From Octopus sinensis (taxonomy: Eukaryota), in NCBI RefSeq assembly GCF_006345805.1, contig NC_043013.1, positions 23,498,001 to 23,562,000 of the forward strand: a stretch of DNA of 64,000 nucleotides, read 5' to 3'. This document shows, one piece after another, positions 26,401-40,625 of the stretch. The notes under the pieces are model-generated. The model was given only the letters and a program-made list of their open reading frames with translations. It searched no databases and was not told the DNA's origin. The translations under genes and the position numbers were made by a program. Within the stretch, counting starts at the first letter, position 1; the number at the start of each line of letters is the position of its first letter.

Positions 26401-29400
26401 GAACTTTGATCATGCTGAGGTAGCAGGTTTAAGGGATTTTGCTGATTGTATCAACCATAGTATTTTTTGAGGAACTTATTGATCTTATAAGAAACAAAAT
26501 GCAAAATCATCCTGGAAATGATTTGGTCAGAACTAAACACATTTTGTGCACTTCACATTGATGTGTGAATGCACACACACACACACATGTGCACATGCAC
26601 ACACACAATCCTTAATGCATGCATGCATAATGTACTTAGAATTCATTGACTGGGAAAAGGATTCTGAAGAGATGCCTCACTTTGTAGTCTGGTGGCCATT
26701 TAGAAAACTCTGAAGATGAAGGACTTTTGAGTGCCATGCAAACCTTGAACAGAGATGTCATCAGCAAAGTGAAAGTCAGCAACAAGTTCAGCAAAGAATT
26801 TGGTCTGCAATAGGGGTAACTTTTCATCCCCTTCCTGTTAAGGTTCTCCAGGCAACAACAGAGGAGTTTAAGACCCGCTTCCTCTAAGAACTTCTGCATA
26901 CCAATGAGCTAGTTCCCATATCTGAATATGTTGCAGAATCAGAGAAGGAATTACAAAAGTGAAGCAAATTCCAGACTGCAGATGTCATAAGCCAAACAAA
27001 GAACAAAATTCATAACAGATGAGATTCTACTGCAATCCCAGAAGTGGCCATGCTTGAAAAAGAAGAGGAAAGCTCCATTCGAGCATTGGGCTTCATGGAG
27101 GCAGTGACAGATGACCAAGAACTTTGGTGATATACCATGCTTGTGCAGACCTGTCCAGCCAAGTGAGACTGTAGTCATGGCTGATGTTGGTGTCTGGTCA
27201 AAGGCACCCAAGCCACTCACATGTAAAAAAAACACCTACTACCATCTCGGAGTGGTTGGCATTAGGAAAGGCATCCAACTGTAGAAACCTTGCCAAATCA
27301 GATTGGAACCTGGTGCAGCTCCCTGGTTTAGTCACACCATCCAACCCATGCCAGCAAGGAAAACGAATGTTAAATGATGATGATGATATAGTGTACCTAA
27401 CATAAAACTATTGGTGCACAAACAGTGCAGTGTGACCACAAACTGGCTGAAAGAGATGGAGATCTTTGTATGTAGCTGGTGTGCAGAAAATATAATCTTT
27501 CAAATGCTTGGAGGGGGTGGGGGCTCCTGTAGGAGTAGTTATTAACTTCTGTTAACTATGTGACCTAATTAGCAGTCGGGTAGGATGTTCTGAAAGTGTA
27601 GTAAGTAAACAAAGAATGGATGGGAGAAAATTAGGGAGCTGTTATCTGTGTTGGCAACAAAGGGACTCTTCTGCTGAGTGGAGGTGATATTGTATGAGGT
27701 GTGTGTATAAAGTGTGACAATACTTCTTAGGGCAATGAATGTGGAGTATGTGTAAAGGCAAGAAAGAAAGGAAGAGTGCTAAATACATGATGTAGAGTTT
27801 ATTTGTTTGTTCAAAGCTGATGATTTACTCCAGCACACATTGGAATAACTGCTTTCAGTTTTTTTTTGTTTCCTGAAGAATCATACAAAGCAAGAAACTC
27901 TGAATATTGATAGTGTGAATCAAAAGCTTTAATTCAATGAGAGAGAAAGAAAGATCAAACCTTTATATGTCTTGGTTGTAATATCCCGTATAACAGTAGT
28001 GTTGAAATATTCCAGATATATGTCACGCCTAGAGAATATTGAAAGAAAACGAAATTCAAATTCTACATTGTCTCATCAAGGTTATTGTCATGATTATTAA
28101 ATTTATAGTAATTATCATTATCAATTACTATTTTTTCAAATTAAAATTAAATAAATAGAAATTAAAAGCAATCACTGTTGCTGTTATTATTAAGGTGGTG
28201 TAAGGCGAAAAGCTGGCAGAGATGTTAGCACGCCGGGCAAAATGTGTAGCCGTATTTCGTCTGCCGTTACGTTCTGAATTCAAATTCCGCCAAGGTTGAC
28301 TGCCTTTCATCCTTTCGGGGTCGATAAATTAAGCACCAGTAATGCACTGGGGTCAATGTAATCGACTTGATCCGTTTGTCTTTCCTTGTTTGTCCCCTCT
28401 GTGTGTAGCCCCTTGTGGGCAGTAAAGAAGTAGGTATTTCGCCCATCACTGTGTTCGGAGTTCAAATTCTGCCATGGTTGACTTTGCCTTTCATCCTTCT
28501 GTGGTTGATAAAATAACTACCAGCTGGGAACTGGGGTTGATGTAATCGACTAGTCTCATCCCCCAAAACTTCAGGCCTTGTGCCTATAACAGATTATTAT
28601 TATTATTATTATTATTATTAAATAAGATGGCAAGCTGGCAGAATCGTTAGCATGCTGGATGAAATGCTTAACAGTATTTCGCCAGCTGCTATGTTTTCAT
28701 GCTCTTGAGGTTGATAAAATGCTACCAGTTCAGCACTGGGATTGATTACATTAACTTATCTCCTTCGCCAAAATATCAGGCCTTGCACCTACAGTAGAAA
28801 GGATTATTGTTAGTGGTAATAAGCCAGTGAAGTGGTTCAAATGGTAGAGGCACAAGACTATATTTCCCTCTTTTGACATTCTGTGTTCAAAATCACAGAA
28901 ATGGAAGTGAGGATGTTAAACCAGAGACAAATCAAGTCAACCATTTTCCAATCTTCACTGTTCTTTGCAAATGTTTCTTATTTAATTAATGTACATCCTT
29001 GTAAAAAATATACAAAGAATACGAGTAATTTAGAAGGGTATTTGAAGATGCTTCCAATAATTCAGAAAAGTTTTTAACAGATAAATATGTTTTAAGATGG
29101 GCTGTCTATCCTCTCAGGGGTTCTCAGCAATTCGTTTTGTCTGTAGACCCCTTTGATTACTATTTTATTCTGGTGGACCCACATAGCCTTTTCAGGCTTA
29201 AAAAGTAGGCTTTATAGAGACTACTTTCAAATTTCTATTTTGTTTTTCACACATTAACTTGTGCAGGTTGAACCAAGGAAAATGTTGCAGAAAGAAACCT
29301 CACTGTTGCAATACGTACTAATATATACATCGAAAACAAAAGTGTGTTCAGAGGCCCTTAAAATACTATTGTGAATCCCTAATTCATTATTTTATTATGT

Positions 29401-32400
29401 GGACCCCCCATCCCACACCCAATCTTTTATGGATGCCAGTTGAGAACCCCTAAACATCGAAACATTGGCAGTTGATTTCAACTCCGGATGTTCAAGTCTT
29501 ACAGGCTCATTAGGCTAGAATTTATTCCAAGTCTGACCATGGGGAAACATTTCATTTGCATAGAAACAAGTAAGGGTTTGTGACAGGGAGGGCATCCAGC
29601 TGTTAGAAAAAGGTTTCAATAAATATTGTCCAATCCTTGGAAGCATGGAAAAGTGGACATTAAAACGATGATGATTTGTGAGTAAACAACCCTTTAAATT
29701 TCAGGTGAAAGAAGGGGCTTGACAAATAGAATACTTTTCTGAAGAGCCCTAGAAAATTAAGAGAAAAGGCTTAACTGTAAAATTGAGCAAGGATTTATAG
29801 ACATGTGGAGGGAGGGGTGAAGTGCAGATGTGCCTACACACATGCATGCACACACACACACTGTGTGCATAACCAGACATTGACATGATATCGAAGAAAT
29901 AGTTTTCCTGGAGTTGGGTATCCTGTTGTTAGCCTTGCAAAACATCATCACTTCTTTAAAAAACTTACATAAACATCTGCTTTGCAAATTCTTAGGTATA
30001 GGATATCTTTCCTCTTGGAATTGGCCTTCTGATCCTAAACTATAAACTAGAAGTTTAAAATTGTTTTTTGGCTAGGCAAGCTAACTTGATCAAGTTGAGT
30101 GATGTGGCCTTTTTGCAGAGCATGATTCCTGTAGTGAGATTTGAACCTATGAGCAAGTGGTTAGAAGCTCAGCATCATAATGTCAGAGCTATCATGCCTT
30201 ATCAATAACACATAAATAGAAACTATTGATTAAATGATAGATTCTTACCAAATGGACAGAGTCGGAAAAGCTGGACCCCAGTCCCAGCTGAAGGATGCTT
30301 GCATCTTTCGGAGGAGGTTAATGTGACACTCTCCATTTTGTTTAGGATTTGGACAATTTGGTGGGACAGTGTAAGGAAGCTTCTCATTCGCTTTGTTAGC
30401 AGCAGTCACAGGAGATGTGAAGGCGACAGTAATGGTATTGGTACCGACCTGAAACATTTGTAACATTAAAGCTTAAAGAAAAAAATAGCAATAGCCTTGT
30501 TAGCAGGTGAAATAGAAACACAAAAAGTGACCACATTGGCCGTAGGACAGAGGGACAGAAGTGACCATGGTCAGTAGGACAGAGAAACACATATAACCAC
30601 TGTCAGTAGAACAGATATTTATAAAACTCCTCTTATCCTCCTCCTTTTACTGCTACTACCACCACCACCTCTAATCTTCAATAATATTTTCTCCATTTTC
30701 TCTTCTTAGACAATCTGTTGTCAGACAAGAGAATTTAATTATGTTAATTTTAATGATCAGAGACATTCATTAGTGATTGATTAATGCAGCTCATTTCCAA
30801 ATCAGTTCCATGGAAGGAGTTGAACTCAGTTTGGCAACTCAGTAAAACCCTCATTTGTTGGTGTTTCTTTCAGTAGAATATCATTCCATCTTGTCTTCAC
30901 TTACATTGGAGGAAGATTAGAGAAGAGAAAAAGCAAGAACTGGGAGAAGAACACTGTAGAGAAAAAGAAAGAAGAGGGTAAACAAGAAGAAAAGTAAGAC
31001 AAGTCTCTACAATTACTTACCACAACGTATTTTTTCACATCCGTCACATAACGAACAAACATATTGGAAGTATTCCTGACATGGAATCCATTTATATAGA
31101 TTTGGGCCACAGTATCGATTCCCAGACACACCAGAGCAATATTCTTGGAGGCAACGACAGACTCAGTTACTGGAAGCAATCACATTAATTAAATGACTTA
31201 ATAACAACATATACAGTGAATGAACACTTAATTCTTTCTAATTTTGGTTCAACACCAACAATTTAGAGGGGAGGGGGCAAGTCAGTTACATCTTCATCTA
31301 CCCTTCACCTCTACCCATTTTGGTTGTCTCCTTCCCTGCCCTCATTCCCTTTCCCATACAACCTTACAAGCCACTCACCCACCCATCCACTCACTTCAAT
31401 TTGTCTTGTGGAGTCATTTGGACCCCTTATTGCTATTATCTGTGTCTTGCAGCCCCAACTGATCATCCTCTCCCTTTATTCCCATTAGATGTGAGTAGCC
31501 GTGCAGATCCCTTAGCAGGGACCTGTTCTACCCACTTTTCTCATAGTAATTCCACTCATACCCTAGCATGAAGGTGACCCCCCCACCATCCCCCAGAGCT
31601 CATAATCTGCAAACTGCATGGTGACTTCAATAATGCAGCTTCCATAAGGTGGCAAGCTGGCAGAAACGTTAGCATGCTGGGCAAAATGCTTAGTGGAATT
31701 TTGTATCAGTTGTGTACTGGGGTTGATCTAATCAACTGGCCTCTTCCCCCAAAATTTTGAGCCTTGTGCCTAGAGTAGAAAAGAATAATGCAGCTTCTAC
31801 TGAAATCAAACAGCCAATCGGTAAAGTGGTTGGCATCAGGAAAGGCATCCAACGATAATAAAATGAATGCCATGCCAAAGCAGGCAGTGGAGTCTTATGT
31901 AGTTCCTTGACACACTGGATTCTGGCAAATTGTCCAACTCATACCAGCCAAGTGATGATGAAAGGATAAAAGGAAACTTTGGTGGCATTTGAACTGCTCA
32001 TAACCTAAAGAATCACAAGAAATATCACTAAGTATTTTGTTCAAAATTCTAATGATTCAACCAATTTGTCACTTTAATGAATAAATACATAATAATATAC
32101 ATAGTGACTGAATATATATTAAAACAAATATATACATACATATATATATATATATGGTGAAAGTCAAATTGTGAGTAAGTAAGACCAATTCCAACTTAAT
32201 AATTATCTTGTAGTATGTATTTTACTAAAAGCAATTATTAAAGTCTACACTGTCTAGAAAAGTTTTTAAAATTCAAATTTTAATATATTTTTGTCAAAAT
32301 GGGATTATCAAATTTTTGTACTATTATAATTTTAAGTTTCCTCCATTCTATGAACATACCAAAACCTAAGTGTGTGAGGGTTATTGTCAATGATCAAGAT

Positions 32401-35400
32401 ACTGAGGAAGGTAACAGAATTGTCAGAGATGGTAGAGATAATTTTCAAGTTTGGGTAGAAAGTGGAGATTAAAGAAACAAAGGTAATGTGCTCATCTCTA
32501 GAAAATACAATAGCACTAACACAGGCCCCACTACAGTCATCAACAGGGTTTTTGATATAACAATTTGTAGAATTGATTGTAATTGATGGTAAAGAGTAGA
32601 AAGTAGAAAGGATGAAATAAAAGATGCTCAACTTAGAAACTGAATCAGGCATCAGAAGAATGAAGAGAGAAGCACTTCAAATAGTGTTGAGCAAAGAAAG
32701 TTTTGATACTTGTTATCTTTGTTCTGAAAATATCACCTTGACCAACATGCATATCTGATAATGTGTTTTTACTAACACTCATAGGTTTGGTGTGAATAGA
32801 TAAGAAACTATACATTTCTTATCAGAAGGCTAATGCTGTTGTTCAAGTCTAAACTTAGGTTGACTCAGCAGGCCTAAGATCAAATCCCATGCAATCCATT
32901 CTGTATTTTTAAGGGCATCCACGATGACTTTATTTATTGTACCTAAACATTTTTTGAGATGGTTATGACAAGTTTGAGGGAGATTTGACTGCTATGTTAA
33001 GTGGCCACACAGAGATTCCCTTGTCCTGTGACTGTCACAAGAACTTACAAATCTTTGTTTTCCTCAGATGAAGTTAGAATCTGTACCAAATATCCTTAAT
33101 GGCATCAACTTTCTCCTCCTCCTTATAATTTTGTTTTTCTTTGTGTTGACTCAGGATTGGATAGCCACAGTGTCATGGTACTTATTCTCATCTTTCATCC
33201 TTTGACACACAAACAGTAACAGAAAAAAAAGCCAAAAACAAAAAGTAACCATCTCAGTGGTGGTATATACTGAAATAGTATGTAATGATTGTAGTTTTGT
33301 ATTTAAAATATGGTTATTGAAATTGAACAGTGTCTGTAATTAGGCACCAACATCAGACTGCATGTGGTACTAACAAATGATAAAATTCTACCAGATTGAG
33401 TACAAGTATTGAAGGATATTCTGAGGTTTCTGAAAGATTTAACTGGGATGTGCATTGTTTCTGATGTTGATTATATCAAACTTAAGAATATGGAAATATA
33501 CAGTTTCTGATATGAACGAGGCACTCAGTTACTTTTGTCACTCTGCAAAGAGAATTAAGAGACAAAATGGTTAATATAGCCTTCTGCAGAGCTAGCAAAC
33601 TGAGAGCTAAATAAGAAGACATCATCTACAACAATAAATAGTAAACAAAACAAGTTCTAAAACTGAAACTTGGATCACTCAAGAAATATTTAAATATGTT
33701 CATGATTTAATGTAATCTTTTTTTGAGAAAAAAAAATTAAAATATGTCAAAGCTTAAGGTCATCTAATAAATCTAAGGTCATCTAACATTTTCTCTGAAT
33801 AAATCTATCGGAAACTTGCAACACTAAATGCATGCCATGTAATCCATTGTGACACACATAAAGCATAATTCAAAGAAACAAATAATAGCTCCTCTAAAGT
33901 ATTTGAGATTTTTCACATTCCAAATCAGTGCCAAATCCCTTACAGTTCAAAATTTAAATGTCCTAAAATTCTAATCTAATACTACTCTGGCAAACAGTCA
34001 TCAAAACTGATTGCTTCAATGGCAAAGTCTTTTAGTGTTTTACAAACGCATTCCATTAGTTTTTTGAAATCAACATTGACAATAAGAATGCCAAATAGTT
34101 GAAATGTTGTTGACAAATAATTGTGGAATTAAAATATTTTAATTACCAAAGTATTTACTTTCTATATCAAGTTTCTTTGATCTCTATCATATTTTGATCA
34201 ATCCACTCTTTGACTACAAAAATGCACATTCCTATTAGACAAGCACCCATAAGATCAAACACAACCCAGGAATATTTTCACAGGACATCCGAAAATGATT
34301 TAACTAATCAAAACATTGTGAAGAAAAAAAAAACGAAGGCTGACAAACTGAAAATATTTAATTCTAATATCAATATTTCATTTAGATTTATATCCATGAT
34401 GTGTAAACCTCACTTAAAAATGCATTTGTGGAACTTAATCCAAAGCTATTTAATAAACAAGAATTACAATGATGTTGAGTAAGTAGACCAAAATTTTGAT
34501 ACTTACCGGTAAATTTTTTAGTGAAGTTCCAATTTTTCTTTCCAATGTTTCGATAGGCAACATCGTTAAACCCTGCATAGGGGTCATCAATAACGTGGTT
34601 ATTGTAAAGGGCCATATAAACTCCACCAGGAACTGTTGCTGGATATGAGACATCTAGAATAGGAGAGAGAGAGAGAGATGAATTATTTTACACTCTTGTT
34701 AGTACAGTGGAACCTTAGTTTAAGGATTTTATTTCATTCCTGAAGACCCATTTGTCACCTGAAATGTTTGTAAACCGAAACTATTTTTCCTATAGGGAAT
34801 TCAGGAGAAGATACAGCGAATTTGAGCAGGGATGAGCACTGAGCAAGACGGCAACTGACAGTCTCCAGCTCGATACTCCCAGTTTGCTGCCAACTGTTGG
34901 CTTGTGTGCTTGAGACACTGTTCGTCTGAGATGTTCTATGTTGGAAACAGATTTGTTTGTGATGAGAGGGATTCGTAAACTGAGGTTCCACAGTATATCG
35001 CAATGTAGCAGTTCTTGATCTATGTGAGCAATGCCATTGATTCTCCACCAATACATTAAGCTGTTCTGGAAAACAAAAATCATCTAATTTAGCCCAAATG
35101 CCCTGTATACACATAGACACAAATCTATTCATTTTTAGCCTGAATGAATATATAGAAATGAGAGAATCTCATAAGGCTTGTGTTAATAAGACATGGACAA
35201 AGATATTACCAATTTGCAAAGTTGCTGAATTTATAGCAGATACTTTGTTTGATCCTGAGGAATGAGCAGAGCTTAAGGCTTTCCCAGACCTTCCAAGACA
35301 TGAAATCTATGTAGTTAACATACTTCAGCCTTTACTTGCTTACTGTGATGGCAACTCCATCTCAAGCACGAGTTTAAAGGTCAGCATGGATGAAGGTTTC

Positions 35401-36998
35401 CTCCTATAGGACAGTGGCAAAAATAGTGGCAACAGTAAAGGTTCTGAATAGAAACAAATGCACTTGGAGATGTTGACCATCATTCACTATACGCCAAACA
35501 CACAAATCCTCTCAGACATCATCCAGATATACATACATGATGAGAATCAGCTCAGGATTGAGTAAGACCACTTCCTGGACTCATTTCACTCTAAAAAAAA
35601 AACAACTGTACTGAATCTCGATACTGTGCCACCAAGTGAGACAAACATTTTCCATGGTTTTTAGCATTTTACTTGACATATATCGATGATGGTGTACATA
35701 GCTTGTCTGGCACTGGTTACAGTCTTAAGATTGATTATAAGTTCAAACTCATCACACACAACTGAAAAGTAGCCCATCAGAAACATACATATGTAGATAC
35801 ATATATACATACATTACATACACATACACACACACTCTGCATAGTGGGAATGAACCTGGAACCACATGGTTGTGGGCAAACTTCTTCAATACACACAGCC
35901 ATAAATGCACCAATTAAAGGTAGTGAAAATAAGATGAGGAGCAGCATTTTTTTGTTAGAAACATAGAAAAGATGGCGAATGTAAACAAGAGACAAAAGCT
36001 TGGCTGTGTTACTAATGCTTTCTTATTCTTTAGACCAATAATCCCTTAACGACATCATCACTCTGGTCGTGATAGAGCAGACCCCACTAAAGCAGACACT
36101 GTTCCATGATGCCAGTGCTTTCTCGGCTGTATTTCTTGGTTTCATAATTCTGATGGATCAGTAGCTTGATGGAAGTTACTGAACATTGGTAGTTTGTGGT
36201 TGCTTCAGGAACACCAGAAAAATAGTTAGTCATGATTCTTTAAAAATGTTTCAGGAAAGACTTTGTTAAATTTCATATATCTTGAAGATAGCAATTAAAT
36301 AGTTGTTAGCCTTTGAAAGTCATAAAATACGAGGGACGTTCAATAAGTAATGCCCGTGACCCATTTGCTGTTGTTTGATCTATCTGAAATTTTGCCAGGT
36401 CGCCGCAGTATATTACCAATTCTAGGCTTAGGCATTCTTCGTGTGTGGAAAGTAAAAATGAAAGAATAAATAGGGTCAAAAGTAAGATGGAGTATGATTC
36501 GACAGCTTTTCAATGACCACTACACTTCTTTCAATACAACATAGATCCACATATATACAGGATTTAAATTCAAATTAAGTCAGTGGAGCGCTAACAGCTC
36601 CATCCATTGCTAGGATCACTGCCAGAGCAGCTGTCTGGCTTCTGTGCCGGTGAGCACGTAAAAAGCACCATCTGAGCATGATCGTTACCAGCATCGCCTT
36701 ACTGGCATGTGAACAAAACATTCGAGCGAGGTCATTGCCAGTGCCGCTGGACTGACTCCTGTGCTGGTGGCACGTAACAAAACACCATTTTGAGTGTGGC
36801 TGTAGCCAGTACTGCCACACTGGCCCACGTGCAGGTGGAACGTAAAAGCACCCACTACACACTCGGAGTGGTTGGCATTAGGAAGGGCATCCAGCTGTAG
36901 AAACTCTGCCAGATCAGATTGGAGCCTGGCATATTAATCTGGTTCACCAGTCCTCAGTCAAATCATCAACCCATGCTAGCATGGAAAGCAGATGTTAA

Positions 36999-37033
<35 letters not shown>

Positions 37034-37735
37034 TGAAACATATAGTGGTCATTAAAAAGCTGTCGAATCATACTCCATCTTACTTTTGACTATTTGTTCT
37101 TTCATTTACATAAACATATAATGTTAAAAGTGACGATGACAGCTCGGTCGTCGTCATCATTTCGAGCAATGAATACACCGAACGTCGAAACGGTTACGAC
37201 GATGATGATGACGCCGATGAAGATGAAAATGACAACATCGCGACACCACCACCACCAACAACAAGAACACCGATGATGAAGTCAACGACAACGGCAACGA
37301 TGGCAAAGATCATAATTTTAATGGTCATCATATAACGCCAAAACACATAATATATACACACACATATATATACAACCAATATAGTATATATATGTATACA
37401 CACACACATTAAAGAACAAACATTTAAAATATCTGAAGGAACCAGGATTTAACAGAAGAGGAATTAACAGAGAAAGGAAAAATAATACCCAGCCTCCTAT
37501 TTTTTTCACGAATGGATTAATATATATTTTGAAGTATATATAATATATATATATATATACATTTTACGCGTGTGTATATATATATATAGATATATAATAT
37601 GTGTGTATGTATATGCACATAGAGAGAGAGGTATACCGTTTATACATGATCTAAGTTATATGATGTATAAAAAATGTAATATACAAATAAATATCTGTAA
37701 ATATAAACCATCCGATTTTCTGAGTACCTCATTTC

Positions 37736-37820
<85 letters not shown>

Positions 37821-40109
37821 GTTGTAATTCAGGATGGTCATTTTATTTATTTATTTAAAAATTTTTTTTGCCAAAATGAATTGATAAACTTATGTGATTA
37901 TCAGTAAAGATCATCAGAGATGGTGAGTGAGGCCAAGCTAATTTTTGTGGGGACTAAAGATGAGAGTTTTAAATGCATGTGGCTCATGGTAAGGCAGCAC
38001 CTATAAGAGGAGTGGCTTCAAATAGTATGGTTGGTCCAAAGCTCAGAGAGCCAAGTAGGAGCAAGTGAAAATCTGATGGACCCTTAAAAAAAAAACTCAT
38101 AGCATCCTTAAATTTTGAAAGCCTCAAACAGACCTAAGATCCAGAAGCATTACTATTCTGTCTTACAGAATTTCTCCTAGAGGCCCTGGGAAAAAGCATC
38201 AGATTGTTAAATTGTTAGGTACCTAATGTAAACAGCCAGGAAACCAGCTCTGCCCATTGGAGTTAATCCCCAACTTATTATACCTATGGCATACAAGAGC
38301 AAATGAAATTACTTTAGAGCAGTTTGTATATAAATTTTAAAAAATATACTATCTTCATTTATTACTTGTTTTGGTCATTTGACTGTGGCCATGCTGGGGC
38401 ACTGCCTTGAAAAAATTTAGTCAAACAAACCAATCCCAGTACTCAGTCTTTTAAAGCCTGGAATGTATTCTAAATTAGGGGGATGTAAACACACCAACAC
38501 CAGTTGTCAAGCGGTGATGGGAGACAAACACACACACACACACACACACACACGATGGGCTTCTTTCAGTTTCTGTCTACCAGGTCCAGACACAAGGCTT
38601 TGATCAGCCTAAAGCCATACTAAAGACACTTGTCCAAGATGCCATGCAGTGAGACAGAACCCAGAACCCAGTGGTTCGAAAACAAACTTCTTGCTGATCT
38701 ATTTTAATTTATAAATAACTTAATTTATACAAAATGATTAAGTATAGAGTTCTTTATTCAATAAACAAAGTATGGAATTTTAATATGTAGGTACAGGAGT
38801 GGCTGTGTGGTAAGTAGCTTGCTTACCAACCACATGGTTCTGGGCTCAGTCCCACTGCGTGGCACCTTGAGGAAGTGTTTTCTACTATAGCCTCGCGCCA
38901 ACCAAAGCCTTGTGAGTGGATTTGGTAGACGAGAACTGAAAGAAGCCCGTTGTATATATGTATATATGTATATATATAAGTATGTGTATATATTTGTGTG
39001 TCTGTGATTGTCCCCCAGGATTGCTTGTCAACCGTTGCTGGTGTGTTTACGTCCCCGTAACTTAGTGGTTCGACTAACGAGACCAGTAGAATAAGTACTA
39101 GGCTTACAAAGAATAAGTCCTGGGGTCGATTTGCTCGACTAAAGGCGGTGCTCCAGCATGGCTGCAGTGAAATGACTGAAACAAGTAAAAGAATGTGTGT
39201 GGCGCATTAGGTTGCCAATGTTCCACAGTAAAATGTTTGGAAACCATAAGTTTAGTGTAACAGGCACAGCACTGACAAGAACAGATTTGCCAAAGCCATA
39301 AGGTCAACAATTGGTGAAATAGAAGGTTAAGCTCATTAAATACTCTTTCAATTTAGGAAGTAAAAAAAAATCAGGAAGATATTCCCCTTTTAAGACTTTG
39401 GTTCCTGATCCCATTTCATGTGTTGACACACACACACAAACTGCCAAATGTATCTACATCCTTAAATAAAGGTTATAAATAAGTAAAAATTTACAATGAC
39501 GTGCACAATCACACTGTAGTGTGCATACACACACACACATTGTCTGCTGACATTTAAATATTTTAAGTAAATATTAAAGTGGAGAATGTTTTGGAAAGAT
39601 TTCAAAATTATGTCAGGGATGGCAAAAAGAATAAAGAAGTAAAAAGAGTTAAAACTCAGAAATAATGATGTTACTGCTGCTGATGATGATGACAATAACA
39701 AGGATGGAGATGGACAAGGATGATGATGATGATGAGGGTGACAGTTCTGATACTTACAGACACTGTATCTGTGACCCTACTTTATTAAATAAGAATTTAC
39801 TCCTGTCCCCACCATGTACAGAGCTGGCATCTCAGTGGGACTCATCAAATTTACCAGTTTTTCTGTCAGATAATGTATGTACATATGTTCACATACATAC
39901 ACATTATATATATTTATATATATATATATATATATTTTTATATATATACAGGAGTGGCTGTGTGGTAAGTAGCTTGCTAACCAACCACATGGTTCCGGGT
40001 TCAGTCCCACTACGTGGCATCTTGGGCAAGTGTCTTCTGCTATAGCCCCGGGCCGACCAAAGCCTTGTGAGTGGATTTGGTAGACGGAAACTGAAAGAAG
40101 CCTGTCGTA

Positions 40110-40154
<45 letters not shown>

Positions 40155-40582
40155 TCATCATCATCATCATCGTTTAGCGTCCGCTTTCCATGCTAGCATG
40201 GGTTGGACGGGTCAACTGGGGTCTGTGAAGCTGGAAGGCTTCGTCAGGCCCAGTCAGATCTGGCAGTGTTTCTACGGCTGGATGCCCTTCCTAACGCCAA
40301 CCACTCCGCGAGTGTAGTGGGTGTTTTTTACGTGCCACCTGCATATATATATGTGTGTGTGTGTGTATGTGTGTGTGTGTTTGTCCCCCTAGCATTGCTT
40401 GACAAATGATGCTGGTGTGTTTACGTCCCCGTCACTTAGCGGTTCGGCAAAAGAGACCGGTAGAATAAGTACTGGGCTTACAAAGAATAAGTCCCGGGGT
40501 CGACTTGCTCGACTAAAGGTGGTGCTCCAGCATGGCCGCAGTCAAATGACTGAAACAAGTAAAAGAATAAAAGAATAAAGAA

Positions 40583-40625
<43 letters not shown>

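Noticed and set aside
33375-33470. Box C/D snoRNA-like arrangement (ATGATAA...CTGA with a 4-bp terminal stem)
   Set aside because: The C box is imperfect and I recognised no rRNA-complementary guide. This is expected by chance in AT-rich DNA.
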